Shown here: positions 1-12,480 of the stretch, in pieces
How the letters are laid out: the number at the start of each line of letters is the position of its first letter
How positions within the stretch are numbered: position 1 is the first letter of the stretch
From: Mobula hypostoma
Taxonomy: Eukaryota
Direction: 5' to 3'
Length of the DNA stretch: 64,000 bases
Assembly: GCF_963921235.1 (NCBI RefSeq)
Contig: NC_086104.1
Span: 75,826,001-75,890,000, forward strand
The notes under the pieces: generated by a model
The model's input: only the letters and a program-made list of their open reading frames with translations
What the model was told of the DNA's origin: nothing
The model's database searches: none
Translations under genes and position numbers: made by a program

Positions 1-349
1 CCAGAACATGGTGACAATAATTCAAGATGCCATGAACTTGTGAAAGGAATTTAACCATACTAGTGAAAGCTGAGGAATTTCGTTTTCTCTCTGTTGGAAT
101 GAGCAGACAAAATCTTTCACAACAGTACTTTGGAAAAATAGGACAGGGGCTGAAAATTCAATAGTAAACAGAATATGCCGGAAATTGTAATCTCAATAGG
201 CACTCTGGGTAGCAGTGCAATAAATTCAATGTTACAATTAATGACCTTTCATCTGAACCAGAAATTGTTAGAGATATAACAAGTTGTGATCAAGTACAGA
301 GGGGAGGAAATCCGGTAAGGTGTGGTTGAGTTGGAGGGTAAGAACAAAA

Positions 350-615
350 GACCATAAAACATTGGAGCAGAATTAATCCATTCGGTTCATCGAGTCTGCT
401 CTGCTGTGTGATCATAGCTGATTAATTATCCCCCTCAAACCCATTCACCTGCCTTCTCTCTGTAACCCTTAACACCCTTAGTAATAAAGAATCTATCAAC
501 CTCTGCTTTAAATATACCCAATGACTTGGCCTCCCCAGCCATCCGTGGCAATTAATTCTGTAGCTTGGTCAGCCACTGGCTACAGAAATTCCTCCTTGCC
601 TCTGTTCCAAAGGGA
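350..615 (-). mobile_element. CR1 LINE 3' end fragment
   Basis: Reverse complement resembles the 3' tails at 8550-8770 and 21560-21800. Confidence 0.75.
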
Positions 616-1302
616 ATGCTTTTGATCAGGCCGAAGTTGAGATTGTTAAATGAGAGGAAGGTGGAAGCAGTGCATGTCGAAAACAGGGTACCTTCGAGAT
701 AAATAAACTAAACGAGCTGGAAATAGATGCCGGAGAACCAGAATTTGCTCCTGAAAATGAACAGGAACAATGTCCTCAGTGTGAATCTTTTGGAATCTGA
801 TGGTGGGTCTGGAGGGATCTCTGACTGCAGCCGCTTGTCAGCCGGAGGCAGACTCTGACTTCTCTTCACACTGAATTCTCTTCAGTCAGACATGACTAAG
901 CATCTTTGCACTCAGTCCACATTTGAATCAAATCTGATTAGACATTTTTCCCCCCAAAGGAGGACTGGAAGAGTGGATTATATACACCAGCTTTCTTCCC
1001 CTCCGCCGCACAGTCAGAAAACAGATCCTCACCCTGTGTGGGTTAAGGATTCCTATGCTCCTTGTGCCAGTGTGGCTCATCTGGTAACACTTTTGTCCCT
1101 TTGCTCCTCATTTAGGTTACCCTTTCAGCATCTCCCAAATCCACAACCTCTGCCAAGTTGCAGAAGGGAAACAGGCACAAGAGACCAGCACTGACAGGTT
1201 CCTCTCAGAACTGCACTGCTGACTTGCAGGTAAGATGGTGATACTTCATCGCTCCTGGTTTCACATCCTGCAACACCCAGCCCAACAGTACTGTGGGAGT
1301 AG

Positions 1303-1445
1303 CTTCACCAGAAGGACTGAAGTGGTTCACGATGAGGGCTCACCACCATCTTCCTAGGACCTTCACCAGGAGGACTGAAGTAGTTCGCGATGAGGGCTCA
1401 CCAACATCTTCCTAGGCCCTTCACCAGAAGGACTGAAGTGATTCG
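1303..1445 (+). repeat. 58-bp tandem repeat, ~2.4 copies
   Basis: CTTCACCAG..GGACTGAAGT starts at 1303, 1361 and 1419. Confidence 0.9.
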
Positions 1446-1479
1446 GTAGTTATTACCCTATAGCCATCAGGCTCCTCAG

Positions 1480-1950
1480 GATGCTCTTCACTAACTACAG
1501 TTCTGTATTCCCTCAAAACTAATCAATAAGCCCCAAGACCTAGGCCTCAACAGCTTCTTGTGTAACTGGATCCTTGCTTTCCTCACTTGCAGACCCTGGT
1601 CAGTTTGGATTGGCAACATCACCTCCTCCACAGTCACCATCAGCATAAGTGCACCACAAGGTTGTGTACTTAGCACCCCACCCCCGCTCTACTCACTTTA
1701 TACTTACGACCGTGAGGCTAAGCACAGCTTCCACTGTCACTGGCCAAATCAATGATGGCGACGAATGAGCATACAGGAGAGAGACTGAAAACCTGGCTGA
1801 GTGGTACCACAACAACAACCTCTCACTCAATGTCAGCAAAATCAAAGAGCTGATTATTGACCACAGGAGGAGGAGACAGAAATCCATGAGACAATTCCCA
1901 TCAGGGGAACAGACGTGGAGAAGGTTAGCAACTTTAAATTCCTCGGTGCT
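1480..1950 (+). mobile_element. Rex1/Babar-like LINE RT fragment
   Basis: [41 protein letters not shown]. Confidence 0.8.
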
Positions 1951-3479
1951 ATATACTGTGAATGCCCATAAGAAAATGAATCTCAGGATTGTATATGGTG
2001 ACATATATGTACTTTGATAATAAGAACATAAGAATGTAAGAAATAGGAACAGGAGTAGGCTATCTGGCCTGTCGAGCCTGCTCCTCCATCCAATAAGATC
2101 ATGGCTGATCTGACCATGGATGCATCTCCAGCTGCTCGCCTTTTCCCCATAACCCTTTGATCTTCTCAAGAGTAACTGGGGATATGCAATAGATGCTGAC
2201 CTTGCTGGTGGTATACAAATCTCAGAAATGATTAACAATCCTTCTGTCGCTTACTACTTCATACATTTATCTAGCTTCCACTTAAATTGATGGCATCCAA
2301 CTGTTTCTGCAGAAAGGGCTGTATTTGCAATCCACATAATTTCCAAGGATCACTTGCACAACAGAAGGATTTTACTAACTGCACGGAATAAAATATTAAT
2401 ATTCCTAGTCACGTTTTACTGGCACCCTTGCTGCTCCACTAACGGTCTTCTCGCTGCTTTGCTCTCCAAGCCATGGATCTCCTTTCCACCTTCATCTCCA
2501 CCAGCAGCACACACTTGTTTCTGAATCTGCATACGGAATTGGATTGGGGCTCAGGCCCTTAAAATCAGACTGGGCCCGATATGATTCCTGATCAAAAGCC
2601 CAGTATTGAGAAGGGTCTAAGTCCAGTGCTCTGGGTAAAGAAACTTATCCAAAATTCTCCAAAGAATTTATTAAAGTCTAAAGTTCATGGCATGGATGAA
2701 GAAACGCTTTTCCCTTCTTAATCCAGAAAATAGCTTTTTACTTTCGGTATATTCGAGGCTACAATCTTTTGGAACTAAGAGAATAAGGGATACTGGGATA
2801 AGGTTAGAAAGTAGAATTGTGTTAGTTCACCTACCATCTTATTGTACAGTTGAGCTGTCTCAACAGGCCCCAACCCTTTTCTGCTCACTTCATTTCACCC
2901 AGCCTGGAAGAGCAGGATGAGCCTGGCTTCAGACACCTCTTCAGTGTTGCTCTTCAACACAGCAGGTGGTGTCCTTGGTTGCAGAAAGGGACTGGTTCCA
3001 CACCCACAGATCAACAAAACACTCCTTTTCTCCTCTAGGGTATCTGAATTCCAGAAACAGCGAGATCTATAAATGCCTCACCCTATTCATTAAATAGCTT
3101 ACTGTTGCAATCACCTAACCATCCCACTTACAACTAGTTCTGCTGCATTCCTATTTGCTATAATGACTGATCTTGGCAACCTTTCTTGGCCATGTGATAT
3201 TTTGCATACTATTACTCACAATTTCAAAGGGAATCTCAGAATTTGTATATGGTGACATGCATGTACTTTGATAATAAATTTACTTCGAACTTTGAAAGCA
3301 AGAGTACTTCGAGTTGTGGGGTTGGGCATGATTGTACGTTAGGAAGGACAGTGTCGCTAGATGTTAAGCTAGTATAGATTGCAAGTTTGAGAGTGGTGCA
3401 CGAATAGGACCTGGTCTGAGAAAGAACATAAGAATTTGTGTTTTGGAGAAGAGAAGTTGAAAGAGAGAGAAGCCAGAGC

Positions 3480-4060
3480 ACTGTAATAATGAAGCTTATA
3501 AGTGTACAGTGAGTAAAGCAGGGGGCCAAGCACAGAGCCTTGTGGTGCACCTGTGCTGATGAAGATCATGGAGATGTTGTTGTCAATCCGAATGGACTGG
3601 GGCCTGCAAGTGTGAAAATTGACGATCCAATTGCTTGAAGCTTATTGATTAGTTTTGAGGGGTTGATGGTATTGAATGCTGAGCTATAGTCAATAAAGAG
3701 CATCCTGATGTATGCATCTTTGCTGTCCAGATGCTCCAGGGTTGGGTGATGAGCCAATGAGGTGGCATCTGCTGTGGACCTGTTGCTCTAGTAGGAGTGG
3801 ATCCAGGCAGGAGTTAATATGTTCCATCACTGGCGTCTCAAAACACTTCATCACTGTGGACGTTAGTGCTAATTGGATGACAGTCATTGAGGCAGGTTAT
3901 TGTACTCTTCTTAGATACTGGTCTAATTGTAGCCTGTTTGAAGCAGGTGGGTACCTCAGACTGCCAAACTGAGAGGTTAAAGATCTCAGTGAACTCTCCA
4001 GTCCGTTGATTAGCACATGTTTTTAGTACTTGGCCAGTTACCCGTATCGGCCAGATGCTT
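3480..4060 (-). mobile_element. Rex1/Babar-like LINE RT fragment
   Basis: [18 protein letters not shown]; TGAPQGSVLGPLLYSLYT; VPTCFKQATIRPV; ALTSTVMKCFE. Confidence 0.85.
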
Positions 4061-4269
4061 TTCGTGATTTCCTCCAATTCGGGTATTTGTCGAGCCCATT
4101 CTTTCATGTGATTCAATGAAGGATTCCACAATGACTCAGAGATGTGTTTCTGAACTTGCACATATGCAGGGACTGACTATGTAACAGCAATTTGTCAACT
4201 GAATTTTGGGTGATCTTGATTCTGGACAGGAACAAACATTGAATGGTTTATGACACACCAGTGAGGAGC

Positions 4270-5480
4270 CAGTTGGGAAATGGGGTGCAGTACCAGCCTC
4301 CCCTCTATGGACTCCGTCTACACCTCACGCTGCCTCAGTAAAGTAGACAGCATAATCAAAGAGTCCACCCACCTAGGACATTCTCTCGCCTCCATCCATT
4401 GGGCAGACGATAAAGGCCTGAAAGCATGTACCCCCTGCTTCAAGGACAACTTCTACTCTGCTATTATAAAACTACTGAATGATTCCCTGCTATGCTCAGA
4501 TGGACTCTTGACCTCACAATTTACAATGTTGTTTGTGATCTTGCACTTTATTGTCTACTGCACTGCACTTTCTCTGCGGCTGTTATACTTTATTCTGCAT
4601 TCTGTTACTGTTTTACTTTATACTACCTAATGGCACTGTTATGAAGTACAAACAGACAAGCTTTTCACTGACAATAATAAACAAAATCCAATTTTAATGA
4701 GTGTGAAGAGGATTGGTTTGATGGCACATTCTGGCTTGATTCTAGTCCTCACTGCAACTGGACCAATCATCGCCACCACGAATGTCTACCACCACTTCTG
4801 TGTGCAAGTTTTGATTGGTACACAAGTAAAACATGTTGTATAAAGATTACAGATGCTGCATCACTGTAAGGCACAGAGACTGGACTGCAGCGGAGAGGAG
4901 GGCTCTATAACAGGTAGTTAGAACTGCCCAACGTACCACTGACTCCAACCTACCTACCCTCAAGGACATATGTACAGAAAAGTGTTGGAAAAATGCCAGC
5001 AATATCATGAAGGATCCCACCTACCCTGCTCATGGACTGTTTGTCCCACCAGAAAGGAGGCTACACAGCATCCACACTATAGGACCACAAGACTCAAAAA
5101 CAGTTATTACCCCAAAACTGTCAAACTGATCAACATCTCCACCCATTAACCCAACCCACGTTTCATATGCCCTGGTTCTACATCTAAGAGTTTCTGTTGC
5201 CAAGAGTCACTTTGTCAATTTATCAGAGTCACCTTCTGTTCAGACACTGCTGCACTGAGAAACTTTATGTTTATACAGACTATGTACAGCATATAAACTA
5301 ATCTTATGTATATGTGGCCACACTCAACAGTTACTTGTACATTGTGTTTTATAAAGGTTGCTTTTATATTCATACTTATTGTGTTTTTTTATGCTGCATT
5401 GCATCTGGAGTGATAATCATTTCAGTCTCATTTACACTCGTGCACTGAAGAAAGACAATAAACAATCTTGAATCTTGACA
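4270..5480 (+). mobile_element. Two Rex1/Babar-like 3' end fragments (another at ~56440-56880)
   Basis: SLPSMDSVYTSRCLSKVDSIIKESTH motif; AATAAA plus short tandem tail (ATCTTGA)n. Confidence 0.7.
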
Positions 5481-7297
5481 AAGGAACCAGTCTGCCTGAT
5501 AAGTAAAAGGACGAGGGCCAGGAAACATTCTCCTTGATGATGCCAATGTGTAGCACCATGGGGTGTTCAAGTTGCTCTGCTACCGTAAAAAGAAGAAGGT
5601 CTTGCATTTCTACGGCACCCTCTGCAACCTCCAGATTTACAAGAGATTTGCTGCCAACAAAACACTCCTGAAGTCATTATGGCAATGCAAGGAACAGAGC
5701 AGCCAAATGACAACTACCACACCCAATGGAACCATGATAACATTTAGTTTTAACGAAATGCAGTTCTTAGCGGCATGCACTGGAATAATATCTCTCTTCG
5801 CAATTAGTGTACAGGATTTTTGTTATGCATCTGAGAGAGATGTCAGTTTAGTACCCTGAAAGTCTAGTATCTTGAAAGTTAGCACCTTCCAACATTGATG
5901 CAGTCCCACAGTACTGCACTGTATCGCCTGTCCAAAGTTGTTCACAGCAAACAAGTCAATAGTCTTCTGACACAGAGGCAAAGAGTGCCAATAATGTGTG
6001 TGTACGTATACACACACACACACACACAATAATACACCAAAGGTGCAAAGGTACAATTTAATGTCAGAGAAATGTATACAATATACATCCTGAAATGTGA
6101 AAAGTCACAAATTAAAAAAACAATGGTGGTCACACAGGCCACTAGATTTTTACACTGACAGAGGAGCAACAAGAAACTACATGTGTGTTTCCAGACAAGT
6201 CTTAGCTTAGAGGATTCCAGGCATTCTGGATAATCACTAGGTAAGAAAATACAACACAAAAGCTGCAGAAATTAATAAAATAACCACCAAAATTCCTGAA
6301 ATATTAATCTAACAAAGTTCATGTAATTTAAAGAACAGCTTTTGAGATAAATAAAATGTTTTAAAATATATTAAAAATGACAATAAAGGGAGGAGAGGCA
6401 ACTTTGGGTGACAAGGGAAGTCAAAGACAGCATAAAAGCAAAAATGAGGGCATATAATATAGCAAAAATTAGTGGGAAGTTAGAGGATTGGGAAGCTTTT
6501 AAAAACCAACAGGAGGCAACTGAAACAAAAACATGAGAGTAAAGATAAAATATGAAGGTCAGCTAGCCAAAACTATCAAAGAGAATACCAAATGTTTTTT
6601 TTCAGATGTACAGTATAAAGAGTAAAAGAGAGATGAGAGTGAATATTAGACCACTGGTAAATGGCGTCGGAGAGTTAGTCATGGGGGACAAAGAAATGGC
6701 AGGCAAACTTAAGAAGTAGTGTGCCAGTCTTCACTGTGAAGACACTGGTAGTAAGCTAGAAATTCCAGTGTGTCAGGCGACAGAAGTGAGTGTAGTTGCT
6801 ACTACTAAGCGAAGATGCTCGTGAAGCTGAAAGGCCTGAAGGGAGATAGGTCACCTGGACCAGATGGACTACACCCCATGCTTCTGAAAAAAGTAGCTGA
6901 AGAAATTGTGAAGGCAAGAACTACTAAATTCTGGAATGGTTCCAAAGGACTGGAAAATTGCAAATACCACTCCACTCTTTAAGATGGGAGGGAGGGAGAC
7001 TAAAGGAAATTATAGGCCAGTTAGCCTGACTTCGGTGGGAAGACATTGGAGTCTATTATTAAGCGTGAAGTTTCAGGGTAAATGAAGGTGCATGATAAAG
7101 TAGGCCATAAACGCATGGTTTCTTGCAGTGACAGAAGGAATAAAGGTGTAGACCATTTTCAAAACGGGGAAAAAATTCAAAAATCAGGGGTGCAGAGGAC
7201 CTGGGAGTCCTTGTGCATGTTGGAAAGCAAATGCAATGTTAGCATTCACTTCGAGGACTAGAATATAAGAACAAAGATGTGATGCTGACACTTTATA

Positions 7298-8226
7298 AGT
7301 TCAAAGTACATTATACAACCTTGAGATTCGTCTCCTAACGGCAGCCACAAAACAAAGAAACCTAAAAACAACCCCCATAAATATGAATAAAGACTGTCTA
7401 AAACCCAACGTACAGAGAATAAAATAACCCATAAACAAGACTGTGAAGCACTCAATCTGCAGTGAAAAAAAATCATGCAAACTGAAACAGCAAGCAAATA
7501 GCGTTTCCGAACTGAAGTCCGTAAGAGTCCTGTAGTTCAGTGCAGAGCCAAGTAAACATTGTGGAGCAGCGATCTTAATCGGCCCATAGCTCGCCTCAGG
7601 CCCCGACACCCAGACCTTTCTGACACCGATTCAAGCAGCGATCTGAATCAGCCTATGCCTCGCCTAGGGCCTTGACACCCTGATTTTTTCAACCTGGCCC
7701 AGTGCTTAAATCTCCATCTGGAGAAAAGGTTCTGCCGCTTGGACACACTGGACTTTGCTGCTTTGATTCAGCCTGAAAATCTCCATTCACACATTGTGCT
7801 TAGTCGCATCTGGGGCCTGTACCCGGTGGCTTCTGTTCGGCCTGCGCCTGGTCTCTCATGCTCTTCCATGCTCTTGGCAACAGGCCTGCCGCTTTGCCTT
7901 GCCTTGGTTCTGCAACATCAAATTGCCTCCAAGTCCAAAGGGCAGCTACAAACTAATATTTGCAATGATCGTTTGCCAGAAAAAGTGTGGTTAATAAAGC
8001 ATTTAGTTGCTTTTTGCTCCGTCCTGACGAAGGGTCTCGGCCTGAAACGTCGACTGTACCTCTTCCTAGAGATGCTGCCTGGCCTGCTGCATTCACCAGC
8101 AACTTTGATGTGTGTTGCTTGAATTTCCAGCATCTGCAGAATTCCTGTTGTTAGTTGGTTTTTTTTGTTTCATTAGCCACTAGCGAGAAGTTGCAGAGGT
8201 TCACTTGCGCCATTTTTAACCAGAAG
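7298..8226 (-). mobile_element. Non-coding retroposon family member (5' CTTCYGGT.AA..TGGCG, LINE-like tail)
   Basis: Interrupts a CR1 copy; shares termini with 17271-18316 and 36567-37769. Confidence 0.6.
8021..8152 (+). mobile_element. Short Neptune PLE 3' fragment beginning at the hammerhead (ribozyme 8021-8055)
   Basis: gtcctgacgaagggtctcggcctgaaacgtcgac followed by the family 3' end ...catctgcagaattcctgttgtt. Confidence 0.85.
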
Positions 8227-11099
8227 TTTAAGGCAATAGATCACCTTTGGGGTATTGTGAGCAGTTTTGGGCCCCTCATCTAAGAAAAGATGTGCTGGCA
8301 TTAGACAGCATCCAGAGATTTGAGAGATTGATTCTGGTAAAGAAAGGGTTAATGTATGTGGAGCATTTGATGGCTTTGGCCTTTACTCACTGGAGTTTAG
8401 AAAAACATGAGGGGATCTCATTGAAGCATATCAGATTCTAGACAGAGTGGATTTGGAGAGTATGTTTTCTACAGTGGGCAAGTCTAGGACCAGAGGGCAC
8501 AGCCTCAGAACGGAAAGATGTACGTTTAGAATGGAGATAAGAAGAGATTTCTTTAGCCAGAGGGTGGTGAATCTGTGGAATTCATTGCTGTGGACTGCTG
8601 TAAAAGCCAAGTCACTGAATGTCTTTGAAGCAGAGGCTGACGGGTTCTTGGTCAGGACATCAAAGGTTCTGGGGAGATGGCAGGAGAATGGGGTTGAGGG
8701 GGGCAATAAATCAGTCATGAGCAGAGTCGATGAGCTGAGTGGCCTAATTCTGCTCCTGTGCCTTCTGTACATTACATCTGATATGTAGTTCAGGCAAGTG
8801 AAATGGCCTAATTACAAAATAATCCCCTAATAATCCAGGGAATTTGGTGCTGGGCAAGTTAGTTGATACCCCAATACACATTTAATTCACATGTTTTAAT
8901 ATTTATTATGCAGCATTATAATCAGCGTTCCAGTGAAGTAGGTAAGTTCAGAGAGAGTGCAGAAACCTGGACCCCAGTAAATGGAAAAGAGAGTGAGAGT
9001 CTGGGCCCCAGTGAGCTAGATGCCAAACCATTTGGACTTCAGAATAGTTGTGATCATTGGAGTTTGACTGTATTCTGTTCTGTTCATTCTGTAGTCTGCT
9101 ATGCTAATTTTCCACCTGATTCTCCCGTTCCATCTTATTCACATCAGCTTTTCAGCATTAAGTTCCATTTTCCTTTGCACACTCACCTCACTTCTTTACA
9201 AAAGCATCTACACTCTGCGTTTCACACTACTTCCTGCAGATAAAAGTTCTACAATGTGGACAGTTCCTATTTAAATACATGTTTCATTTTTGGGGCTATT
9301 CTTTGTTATCTTGTAATTTTGACTGCTGGTTTCAGATTCTTCTGAAGGCAAAAACACTCTCTATAGATTTATTCTGTCCAACTCATTCTAAAATTGCAAA
9401 TGTCAGTTGCACACCTTCTCTTCTCTAAAGCGATTAGAAATGCTTCATTGGTTACTAGGTTCAACACTTAACGTGAACCAGTGTGTTAGCTGAAGTGGCC
9501 CTTGTAAGCACACACCAGGGAAGTTCCTGGTTCAATCCCATTTCTGTGCCAAGTCAGTTATCCTTAGCCAAGATACTAGCAGGAATACCCATTGGATACC
9601 CATTGTCCAGGGATCCATCCTACATCTTTCTCTAATTTTTCAGCTCCCTTCCCTCCTGCCCTCCCCAGGCTCATCAATAAAAAAATCAATTAATGTAGGA
9701 TTAGTGTGAATGGATAGCTGCTGGTCAGGAATGGGCTGAAGAGCCTGTTTCTGCTCTATCTCACTCATACTATATTACTTTACCTTATTCGACCCACCAC
9801 CTGCTGCATCAATCCTGTTCACACTAAACTGCTGGCTATTCAATCTGCACAAGGCAGCAATATTTTTAAAGTACTGTTGCCTCTGCTTCATAAATTATTT
9901 TCTTCAGCCACCTGAACCAGTATCTTTGTCTGTGGCGTAACAGCAATTTTTGCTCCATAGCACACCTGTGAAATGACTTGGAACATTCCACAGCACGCTA
10001 TCAATTCCAGTTATTGTTGTTCTTGATTGATGGCAGAGTTACTGGACCCTATTATCACACCTGAGTAACTTACTGCTGCTCCTAAACAGAGTTCATGACA
10101 CTGTATCTACAGTAACTACTTAGGAATGTTTCAGAGTTACGTATGGGTGAGGATATTTCAACCCACTGCTCAGCCATTTCCAATACAAGTATAATGGCTG
10201 CAACTTGCCAACCCTGGTCCAACTCCTGACAGATCCCGGCAGCCCTCCAGCAAGCAAATCCCTTACTGAGCATGGAAGGTTACATGACCAGCTCTCACAA
10301 GCAATGATAAATCCAGTACTGTATGAAAACATCTTCATCAAAAAACTATTCAGGCAACACTTCTTTCCTCAATTTGCTTTATTATTAAGGAATCGGAAAA
10401 TGAGAACATCCACAGGGTTAAACAAACAACAGTTTAGTTTAATTGATTGGTTCTAGGAAAGTGAACATCTAACTGCATTGCAAAATAGATTTGGGAATTT
10501 GAACTTTATTTTAGTTGTCAAAAGATAACTGCACATAACCTTCAAAACTGTCTAAGTGCCAGATCTACATATATTGCCAGTATGAAACTAATCTTCTCTT
10601 TGTCTCGAGTAATGAAGGAATGTAGCAGCAACCTCCTGTTCTGTTTCCTTTTTTAAAAAAGATGTGACATTTGTTAGGTTGCCTATCATGTGACTTAAGA
10701 ACTTGTTCTTAAGTTTGAACAACTTTCCTCCGCCTCTCCTCCAGTGTCTGAGATCCTGACAGAGTCAGATCCTCAGGTTTGCCTTTTGTCACTCATTAGG
10801 TCAAGTGCACCAAAAACATTGCACAGTCTGGAGTGCTAGTGTGGAGATTCCAGTTCCCAGAACTGCGATACAGCCCCTTTCAGAACTGAGAGTGTGATTG
10901 GCAAGCTTTGTGTTTAACCCAGATCTCTCCTTAGCTGCCCATTTCCTACAGACATGGAACATAGGCTGGCACAGAACAGTTGGCTTTGTCCCAAACAACT
11001 CCATAAGTTTGGAAAAGGCACAGTTCAAGTTTCCTCAATGGAATATGGAAATAAACAAAAAGGTTGATTTTTAAATTTTCAAGCTCCAACATACAATAG

Positions 11100-11950
11100 T
11101 GTTACGTACCCCGTAACTGGGTTGCCAAACCAGCAGAAATGGATCACTCAGTTGGAGTCTGGAGTACTAGAACTAAGAAAGTTTTATTAAAGAAACAAGC
11201 AACACAGTAATCGAAAGGATAATAAATGCAACAATTCAACAATGATAACCACACATGTGCACAGAATTAAGATAACAGCATCAATCAAGCTCTATCGTTG
11301 TCCAGGGGTAAATGACCAATCTCAAAATGACTCAAAGTTCAGTCCAGTTTGTAGTTCAGTTCGCAGTAATCGTTGCCATGGCGATGGACAAGGTGGGGGA
11401 AGAGAGACAGAATAGGAACAACTGATCATTCAGAACACTGCTTCACTCACAGACCAGCGGGATGGCTCACAAACAGCATTTGGGCGGGTCCTTGGTGATG
11501 TCACCTGAGGTCACCGACTGTGACCCCTCCTCCAGATGCGGTTGATCCTCTGCAGTGAACCCGGCACCCAGGCAAGGGCGGACACACACCGGGTTCCCGC
11601 TGATCGTACCTTTCCACCCTGGTCGTTGTCTGGCACTTCTCACCCACTCGTGAGAAGCGCACCGCTTCCAGGGTCTCGTTACCTCGGGTGGCGTGTGTGT
11701 CGTCTTAGCGAACCTGTCCCTTTTTATCCCCCTGCTGGGGTATCGCCTGTCCATCACTTCAAACAGTTCAAAGGGGGGAGCCGCTCCAGACAGCTCTTCC
11801 TCTCACATCCCCTCATTACACATCCCCAGACGCTGCTCCATTGTTCCTTATCTCTCCTTCCCCTGAGGGCAGGTGGCAGACCAACTGCTGATGCCACTGA
11901 TGCTAGCCCAGGCCAGCAAACATCTTAATTTTAGGTGTATTCTCGTAACA
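11100..11950 (-). repeat. 3' LTR (851 bp)
   Basis: Copy of 15196-16046, directly adjacent to a polypurine tract. Confidence 0.95.
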
Positions 11951-11962
11951 CTTCCCCCCTTT
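11951..11962 (-). promoter_or_regulatory. Polypurine tract
   Basis: Plus-strand cttccccccttt is an all-purine run on the minus strand, abutting the 3' LTR. Confidence 0.85.
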
Positions 11963-12122
11963 AAGGATTTTTACCGGGAGGTAAAAATTACAAACATGAC
12001 TACATTATCTGATACATACACAATATACATCTTTAACAGTTATTTATCTAATACAGAGAATTTGAAGCTGTCAACACCTTGACAGACAGTCATCACATTT
12101 TCTGTTCCTTTTACACGTGTTA

Positions 12123-12480
12123 TTAATAATCCCTTAGACCAGGCTCCAACTCAGCAAACTTCATAGTGGCCAAAAACACTGATGAATTGCGACCAATGTA
12201 ACCTCTCATTTGGTTTTGTCCCGGACCACAACAACAAGGGTCGTCCCATTCCGACTCAATTTTCTCTCGCAAGGGCTTAGTAGGAGGGGGACGGGTATTG
12301 ACCGCAGAGTTATTGCAAAACTTCCTGCAGTACCCCACCATCTCCAAAAGCCTTCCGAGGGCCCTCTTGTCTGTCGGGGTTGGGAGGTCAGCGATAGCCT
12401 GCACTGTAGCTTGCATCACTGCCAGCTGCCCCTGTGTCACCACAATTCCCAGGTAAGTGACCCACGTGTAGCCGAATTCA
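12123..12480 (-). pseudogene. Decayed RT thumb/connection remnant of the LTR element
   Basis: EFGYTWVTYLGIVVTQGQL...VQAIADLPTPTDKRALGRLLEMVGYCRKFC resembles the Gypsy RT C-terminus. It is offset by 1 nt from the main ORF at an A9 run. Confidence 0.8.

Larger units (their letters stand above)
6388..8770 (+). mobile_element. Decayed CR1 LINE split by a nested insert (7298-8226)
   Basis: SPGPDGLHP and NYRPVSLTS remnants. The sequence resumes in register after 8226 and ends with FFSQRVVNLWNSL and the tail. Confidence 0.8.

Noticed and set aside
150-262. Old PLE-like 3' end with a degenerate hammerhead-like trace (old PLE ends also at ~44460-44610)
   Set aside because: The catalytic core is not intact, so it is not called as a ribozyme.
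1303-1445. Regularly spaced repeats that might suggest a CRISPR-like array
   Set aside because: Plain head-to-tail 58-bp duplication with no unique spacers, in a eukaryotic context.
4060-4165. Protein-like stretch KHISESLWNPSLNHMKEWARQIPELEEITK fused to a Rex1 frame
   Set aside because: Too short and unrecognised; probably a chance open frame adjoining the LINE fragment.
11467-11928. 96-130 aa ORFs duplicated at 15563-16024
   Set aside because: They lie inside the LTRs. The duplication reflects LTR identity, and there is no recognisable protein motif.
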